Assembly: GCA_965651595.1 (NCBI GenBank) | Contig: CBFGTA010000019.1 | Location: forward strand, 1-24,000 | Origin: an uncultured bacterium | Lineage (GTDB): Bacteria; Actinomycetota; Actinomycetes; S36-B12; UBA10799 | DNA length: 24,000 bases | Direction of reading: 5' to 3' | In this document: positions 19,186-24,000 of the stretch, piece after piece | Position numbering within the stretch: the first letter of the stretch is position 1 | Layout of the letters: each line of letters begins with the position of its first letter | Made by a program: the position numbers and the translations under genes | Notes under the pieces: model-generated | What the model was told of the DNA's origin: nothing | The model's database searches: none | What the model saw: only the letters and a program-made list of their open reading frames with translations

Positions 19186-21336
19186 ATGTCAACCAATCTT
19201 GCGCGCCCTGACGCGCGTCATTTTTCGAACAATCCGGGTAACAGCCGGCCCAATCGCTGGTGGGTTGCCGCTGCATTGGCGATTGTGCTGGCAATCTTGG
19301 CGGTTGATCTCGGCGCGGGCCCAGCGGCTGCGGCCTCCGTGCCGTGCGCGCCAGGGGGCCACCATGTGTCGGCGTGGACGCAAAAATCGGTCACCATACG
19401 CTGGACAACGCCAAGCTGCTCGGGGTCGTCAGCGATCACTGGCTATCGCATCCAGCGTCGAACTGACTCCACATCGTGGGCGCGGATCGACGAGATCGGG
19501 GCTGCTCGACGCGAGTACACCGACCCCGGGTTAACCAATGGCGTTCGGTACCACTATCGGGTGCGGGCTGTCAACAAAGTGGGGGCAAGCGCTGCTAGTG
19601 CTGCATCATCAGTTGTCGTAGGAACTCCGATGGCACCTCACGTTACCTCGACAAGTGGGTCAGATCGGGCGATCTCTGTCGGCTGGGCCCAACCCACGAA
19701 CATTGCTTCTTCCATCAGCTACGAAGTTGAACTCCGCGAGGGCAGCGGTGCGTGGCTGCTAGTGACAACTACGACCGCGACATCAGCCACGATCGGTTCG
19801 TTGAAGAACGGCACCAGCTACACAGTTAGGGTGAGGGCCCGTTCGTCTTACGGCCACGGACCCTACTCGTCCATTTCGTCGGCGGTGATTCCGCAGGCCG
19901 TTCCTGCTGCTCCAGGAGCACCGACCGTTGTGGTGGGTGATTCCTCAATTACTGCATCCTGGTCAGCGCCGGCAGACAATGGAAGTGCGATCACTTCCTA
20001 TGAGTACCAAGTCGGCACTCGGTCGGGCTGGTCGGCAGAAACTGTTGCTGTGACCAATAGGTCGGTACGGCTAGCTCACCTGACCAATGGGGCCGAGTAC
20101 CAGGTGAGAATACGCGCACGCAACGCTGTTGGACTCTCAGCATGGTCTGCGGGTTCGGCGTGGGTGATGCCCCGAGGCACGCTCGACCCTCCCGTTCTTC
20201 AGTCAGCAGATGCGTCCGACAGGACCGTCAAGGGTGACTGGTCGGCCCCGGACTCGCCGGGATGGAGTGTCGCCGGCTACGAAGTTCAGCTCCACGACCA
20301 AGGAGGCTGGGGGCCCATCCGTTGGGTGGAACAGACCAACGTGGTGTGGCCGCAGTTGGCCAACGGTGTTACCTATCGCCTGCGGGTGCGGGCGGTGTCG
20401 GGTGCGCATCGAAGCGAGTGGTCTCTGGCTAGCAAGCAGTTGGTGCCGGCTGGCACGCCTGAAAAGGTTGGCAAACCGGGGGTCACGTTCGTTGGCGGAC
20501 TGCCTCAACTACAGTGGCAGGCACCGAATGGCAACGGTGCCGCTATCTCTGGTTATGTCGTGCAATGGCGCGCAGCGGCGGGAAGCTGGTCGCCGCCAGT
20601 CGACCTGGGATCGACGCCTACCTGGATCCACGGGAGCGCCACGGCCGCGTCTACCTACGAATACCGAATCGCGGCGGTCAACCGAGTAGGCCAGGGCAAC
20701 TGGTCGGAGATTATTCGGACAACTGTCTCAGCAACCGGCTCGGGTCAGACTCCACCCGGGCCGATTGCTCGCCAGCCTCAGTCGGATTCGACCGTCAGAC
20801 AGACCTTACTCGAGGCGCCCAGGCTGGCAGTTCAGCGACCGCGAAGCACAACACCTCGGATACGGGTCAAACCTGGACCGGGCACCAGCCGAACGGTCTA
20901 TCGAACTCGCCCACTGAAGGGCAACTGGACGACCTGGAAATACTTCGGACGGAAAGCACATAACCTTCCCGTGAGTGCCCGACAGGTGCGACGCGGCGTT
21001 GTGGTGCAGGTGGCGTACCGCTCGGGAACCCAATGGTCGCCAATCAGCTGGGCCACCATCCCGCCCCGGCAACGTTCAAGCTTGGCCGTGGCAGCGCTGT
21101 GGTCGGACCATCCGACGAGAGCCACCGTCGTCGTCCATCGGCCAGGTCAATGGAAGGCGGGTCGAACGGGTAGTGGAACTGCGCGCTCACGATGGTCAAG
21201 CACAGTGAAAGGCACATGGACCGTTCCCCTCCTCGGTCAACGAATCGGATCACTGGCACTGCGGTCGGGTCGGAAGACAGTGACGACTTTCGTTCACCGC
21301 AACGGAGTCGTGAGTTGGGTGGTGGTCGGGCGATGA
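19186..21336 (+). CDS. Secreted/anchored protein with five tandem fibronectin type III domains and an uncharacterised basic C-terminal domain
   Basis: ATG 19186 lies 5 nt after GGAG. Signal/anchor RWWVAAALAIVLAILAVDLGAGPAAAAS. There are five units of about 90 aa (about 19345-19626, 19627-19899, 19900-20178, 20179-20454, 20455-20727). Each carries the FN3 signature W..P....I.GY.V......W......T...L..L.NG..Y..RV.A.N..G.S.WS. The C-terminal part of about 200 aa (20728-21333) has no motif I recognise. Confidence 0.85.
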   Translation: MSTNLARPDARHFSNNPGNSRPNRWWVAAALAIVLAILAVDLGAGPAAAASVPCAPGGHHVSAWTQKSVTIRWTTPSCSGSSAITGYRIQRRTDSTSWARIDEIGAARREYTDPGLTNGVRYHYRVRAVNKVGASAASAASSVVVGTPMAPHVTSTSGSDRAISVGWAQPTNIASSISYEVELREGSGAWLLVTTTTATSATIGSLKNGTSYTVRVRARSSYGHGPYSSISSAVIPQAVPAAPGAPTVVVGDSSITASWSAPADNGSAITSYEYQVGTRSGWSAETVAVTNRSVRLAHLTNGAEYQVRIRARNAVGLSAWSAGSAWVMPRGTLDPPVLQSADASDRTVKGDWSAPDSPGWSVAGYEVQLHDQGGWGPIRWVEQTNVVWPQLANGVTYRLRVRAVSGAHRSEWSLASKQLVPAGTPEKVGKPGVTFVGGLPQLQWQAPNGNGAAISGYVVQWRAAAGSWSPPVDLGSTPTWIHGSATAASTYEYRIAAVNRVGQGNWSEIIRTTVSATGSGQTPPGPIARQPQSDSTVRQTLLEAPRLAVQRPRSTTPRIRVKPGPGTSRTVYRTRPLKGNWTTWKYFGRKAHNLPVSARQVRRGVVVQVAYRSGTQWSPISWATIPPRQRSSLAVAALWSDHPTRATVVVHRPGQWKAGRTGSGTARSRWSSTVKGTWTVPLLGQRIGSLALRSGRKTVTTFVHRNGVVSWVVVGR

Positions 21337-21824
21337 TGGGGAGTACACCATCGCCCGCGACCCGCCGGACCTTGCTGCTGAGGTGTGGCCTAGCTGTCGC
21401 GGCCGGGATTGTCGTCGTGAAGCTTCTTCCACTCGGCGGGGGCGACGCGGTAGACGTGGGATCGGCCTCGTTGGAGCTTCCTCCTCCGGTCGCCGAAGTG
21501 ACTCCGAGTGAGGCGCCGGCCTTCGTGATTGATGTCGATGAACAAGGCGACACAAACCGCGGCCCGGTGGATGAGGACCCGGTGGTCGAGAACCCACTAG
21601 TCGAGGATCCGGTGGTCGATGACGCATTGGATGAGGACCCGGTACCGGTGCCTTCCGTGTCGCCTCCAGTGTCGCCTTCGCCAGTGGGACGTCCGCGGGG
21701 CAGTGCCGTGTCTCCCCCCCGGCCTCCACATCGGCGACCGGCACCCACTCCACCAGCGCCGGTCCGCGCCACGTCTTCGAGCCAGAAGGACACTGCTCCC
21801 ACGTTCTCCTGGGGCAGCTCATGA
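21333..21824 (+). CDS. Hypothetical membrane-anchored Pro/Asp/Glu-rich protein
   Basis: The ATG overlaps the FN3 gene stop (ATGA, 21333-21336). N-terminal TRRTLLLRCGLAVAAGIVVV anchor, three acidic decapeptide repeats, then a proline-rich basic tail. A long antisense ORF covers the same DNA, so the coding call is moderate. Confidence 0.5.
   Translation: MMGSTPSPATRRTLLLRCGLAVAAGIVVVKLLPLGGGDAVDVGSASLELPPPVAEVTPSEAPAFVIDVDEQGDTNRGPVDEDPVVENPLVEDPVVDDALDEDPVPVPSVSPPVSPSPVGRPRGSAVSPPRPPHRRPAPTPPAPVRATSSSQKDTAPTFSWGSS
21564..21653 (+). repeat. Three tandem 30-nt (decapeptide) repeats inside the Pro-rich ORF
   Basis: PVDEDPVVEN / PLVEDPVVDD / ALDEDPVPVP. The 16-nt string TGGATGAGGACCCGGT occurs exactly at 21568-21583 and 21628-21643. 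CCGGTGGTCGA occurs at 21579-21589 and 21609-21619. Confidence 0.7.
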
Positions 21825-22159
21825 GTCATCCGGTGTCGAACGACGACCATGGCCACGGACAGTCCCGGCGCGCCTCGTGCAAAGAACGCCGGCTTCCGCA
21901 CCCCTTACCAACTCACGACAGATCTGCGCTGCTGTCTGCCGTGCGACAACACACCACAGGGCCAGCGGAAGAGCCCGCGGAACCTCATGGCCTGGTGTCC
22001 GCTCACGTTACTGGCCGGTGGCAACCGCTAGAACGGCTGCCACATTGGTGGAGCTACGTTCTGAACGGTCGGTCAGTACACTGGCCGCCGGAAGTGATCG
22101 TTCCTGTCGTGGCAGGTGGCGCTACTGTGTTCCTCGCCATCGCGCTCGGACTACGGTAG
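21821..22159 (+). CDS. Hypothetical 112-aa His-rich protein with a C-terminal TM helix
   Basis: The ATG overlaps the preceding stop (ATGA, 21821-24). There are 10 His in 112 aa. The C-terminal hydrophobic segment is VIVPVVAGGATVFLAIALGL. Other frames are also open here, so confidence is low. Confidence 0.35.
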   Translation: MSHPVSNDDHGHGQSRRASCKERRLPHPLPTHDRSALLSAVRQHTTGPAEEPAEPHGLVSAHVTGRWQPLERLPHWWSYVLNGRSVHWPPEVIVPVVAGGATVFLAIALGLR

Positions 22160-22191
22160 CTTGAAGTCGCCCCCGCTTCGCGCAGTGCTAG

Positions 22192-22944
22192 CTAACCGAG
22201 ACCAGACGCAGCGTCACGGTCAGCAAGCAGGAGGCTTCGCTCGCTACCTCGGGCCGCACCCGCCGGAGCTTCGATCGCATCCATCCGGCTCATCACCTTC
22301 CTGACCGCTTCGGCTTTGCCGATCCCGTACGCGATGAGCCACACCTGCCGGGCTGCCCGAACCGTCTCCATGGTGAAAGTCACCCGAGTCGGTGGAGGCT
22401 TGGGTGAATTCCGCACAGACACGACAGCGGGTTCGGCGAACTGTTCGGTGCGTCCAGGGAACAACGAAGCAATGTGGGCATCTTCCCCAATCCCGAGCAA
22501 TGACACGTCGAAGAGTTGATCGGTGCCTAGTCCATGCTGCGCGAGGTCCGCGGCATAACCGGCGGCGGCAGCATCAACGTCATCGCCGTATTGTTCTCCG
22601 AGGCGTGGCATCGGATGGATCGCCGATTCGGGAATAGGTAGCTTGGCGAAGAACTCCGTGCGCGCATCGGTTTCGTTTCGTTGCGGGTCGCCGACGGGTT
22701 CAAAACGCTCATCAGACCACCAGAAATCCACTGCGTTCCAGTCCACCGCTGCCGCCGCCGGATTGTTGGCGATTGCCGTCAACGCGCTCGTGCCGCCGCG
22801 CCCCCCGGTAAGGCTGACATGTGCGTGGCCCCGCCGGGCCTGGGCGTCAACCACTGCGGTTATGAAGCGAGCAGCGATAGCCTCGGCGAGCGTGGTCGGG
22901 TCGGCATGGACGATGAGTTCGTGGATGGGACGATCGTCGGTCAT
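22192..22944 (-). CDS. pgl: 6-phosphogluconolactonase
   Basis: 250 aa with SLTGGRGG and WWSDERF motifs of the DevB/Pgl family. Conserved position downstream of opcA, with a 4-nt overlap. Confidence 0.92.
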   Translation of the reverse strand: MTDDRPIHELIVHADPTTLAEAIAARFITAVVDAQARRGHAHVSLTGGRGGTSALTAIANNPAAAAVDWNAVDFWWSDERFEPVGDPQRNETDARTEFFAKLPIPESAIHPMPRLGEQYGDDVDAAAAGYAADLAQHGLGTDQLFDVSLLGIGEDAHIASLFPGRTEQFAEPAVVSVRNSPKPPPTRVTFTMETVRAARQVWLIAYGIGKAEAVRKVMSRMDAIEAPAGAARGSERSLLLADRDAASGLG

Positions 22945-23900
22945 TTCTTCTCTCCTCGAGTGTGTGGATTCGATGTCGGTGCTAGTCCAAGGCCTGCCGT
23001 CAACGCCGCGTGATAAATCGGGTCGGAATTGAGCACCCGCAATTCCTCTGTGATCAGATCACGAAGTTCCCGACGCACCAAGGGAACAGTACGGCTCGGG
23101 CTTCCCGGCAAAGTCAACGTTGCGTGTCTCGTGCCGGGACGGTCCAAACGGATTTGACCGCCCCCATCGAGGTGCAACTCCACCCGCGTGATCCCGGTGA
23201 CGCGTTCCGACTGAATCGCCACCGGACAGGCGAGACGGACACCGAGCCAACCGGCAAGTAGGTGCGAACTCGCTGTCTTTGCCTGCGCAGTGACGGCAAT
23301 CGCGGTGACCGGTTCGGCGATTTCGTCAAGTGCCGTGGCTACGAGGGAGCGCCAGCGAGTCGTCCGCGTCCAAGCCAAGTCCGTGTCACCTGGCGTATAG
23401 TTGTCAAGGCGACGCTGGAGTTCGACGAGTTGATTCCGGCCCTGCGAGGCGTCGGTGATACGACGCGACGCGAGCGCCCCGAGTGGATCCGCGTGGGGGG
23501 TGTCTGGTGCCCGAGTGGCCCACCAGGTGACAACCGGCGCATCCGGGAGCAACAGAGGCGTGACCACCGAAGCCGCTTGCTTGGCGACAGGTCCAAACAA
23601 GCGGACAGTAACGGACTCGCCCGGTCCCTCAGTAGTCCCTACTGCAATCTCAGCATCGATCCGAGGTGGTCCGGACAGTTGGCGTGGCACCACCTGGATC
23701 ACTCGACACGGATGCTGTTGGGCGGCAACCGTTGCTGCCGCCATCGAGTCAAACTGGTTGATCTCGTCGCTAACGATGATCAAAGTGAGAACCATTCCAG
23801 CCGACGCGGCCCCGATCCGGTGCCGTTCACGACTGAGCGCGTGGCTGATCTCTCGGGACGTTGTATTCTCGAGTCGAACCGTCACGGTCGCCTCCAGCAT
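22941..23900 (-). CDS. opcA: Glucose-6-phosphate dehydrogenase assembly protein OpcA
   Basis: 319 aa. The N-terminal region ([10 protein letters not shown]...[12 protein letters not shown]) resembles actinobacterial OpcA. It is sandwiched between zwf and pgl, as is usual in actinobacteria. Confidence 0.9.
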   Translation of the reverse strand: MLEATVTVRLENTTSREISHALSRERHRIGAASAGMVLTLIIVSDEINQFDSMAAATVAAQQHPCRVIQVVPRQLSGPPRIDAEIAVGTTEGPGESVTVRLFGPVAKQAASVVTPLLLPDAPVVTWWATRAPDTPHADPLGALASRRITDASQGRNQLVELQRRLDNYTPGDTDLAWTRTTRWRSLVATALDEIAEPVTAIAVTAQAKTASSHLLAGWLGVRLACPVAIQSERVTGITRVELHLDGGGQIRLDRPGTRHATLTLPGSPSRTVPLVRRELRDLITEELRVLNSDPIYHAALTAGLGLAPTSNPHTRGEKK

Positions 23901-24000
23901 CGCCCATCATGGGACATCATGGCATCGGCCGACTCAGGACCCCAAGTACCGGCAGGATAGGTGTCGGGACGTCCCTGCCTTTGCCAGGCCTCCAAAATCG
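23882..24000 (-). CDS. zwf: Glucose-6-phosphate dehydrogenase, 3' end only (the rest lies beyond the window)
   Basis: My own translation of the reverse strand from 23998 gives [38 protein letters not shown], the conserved G6PD C-terminus. The TGA at 23882-23884 overlaps the opcA start (23900). It is absent from the ORF track because it is shorter than 60 aa. Confidence 0.8.
   Translation of the reverse strand, partial: ILEAWQRQGRPDTYPAGTWGPESADAMMSHDGRCWRRP

Noticed and set aside
21044-21901. 285-aa minus-strand ORF (Gly/Ser/Thr-rich) covering the end of the FN3 gene and the Pro-rich ORF
   Set aside because: It overlaps about 290 nt of the continuous FN3 reading frame. It is the low-complexity mirror image of the Pro/Asp/Glu-rich plus-strand ORF. 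It lacks the ATGA coupling that the plus-strand ORFs show. It is most likely a GC-driven shadow ORF.
22160-22191. Expected a bidirectional terminator between the convergent FN3 module and pgl
   Set aside because: Only a 4-bp GAAG/CTTC pairing is present in the 32-nt gap, so no convincing hairpin can be supported.

Overview
This is a core chromosomal segment of a high-GC Gram-positive (Actinomycetota-type) genome. The lineage call rests on WhiA, RbpA and OpcA and on the gene order: uvrB (5'-truncated) - TerC-family membrane protein - MBL-fold hydrolase (minus) - [IS607-family insertion] - uvrA - Rieske lipoprotein - SGNH hydrolase (minus) - uvrC - rapZ - yvcK - whiA - gap - pgk - tpiA - secG - rbpA - [FN3 three-ORF module] - pgl - opcA - zwf (all minus; zwf is 3' end only). 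Genes are tightly packed, with many 1-4 nt start/stop overlaps. I found no rRNA, tRNA or CRISPR array. Two places are not ordinary housekeeping sequence. (1) An IS607-type element of about 2.3 kb (about 3856-6174) sits between the MBL hydrolase and uvrA. It is bounded by an 11-bp perfect inverted repeat. It carries a serine-recombinase tnpA broken by one in-frame TAG, an extra SD-preceded 81-codon ORF, and an intact TnpB. Its 3' end is rich in hairpins (candidate omega RNA), and the tnpB stop overlaps an ATG that is in frame with uvrA. (2) A module of three translationally coupled ORFs (19186-22159) sits between rbpA and pgl. It encodes a signal-peptide protein with five FN3 domains and an orphan Arg/Trp-rich C-terminal domain, a Pro/Asp/Glu-rich membrane-anchored protein, and a small His-rich protein with a C-terminal TM helix. 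All functional calls come from motif recognition by eye. No database search was possible.
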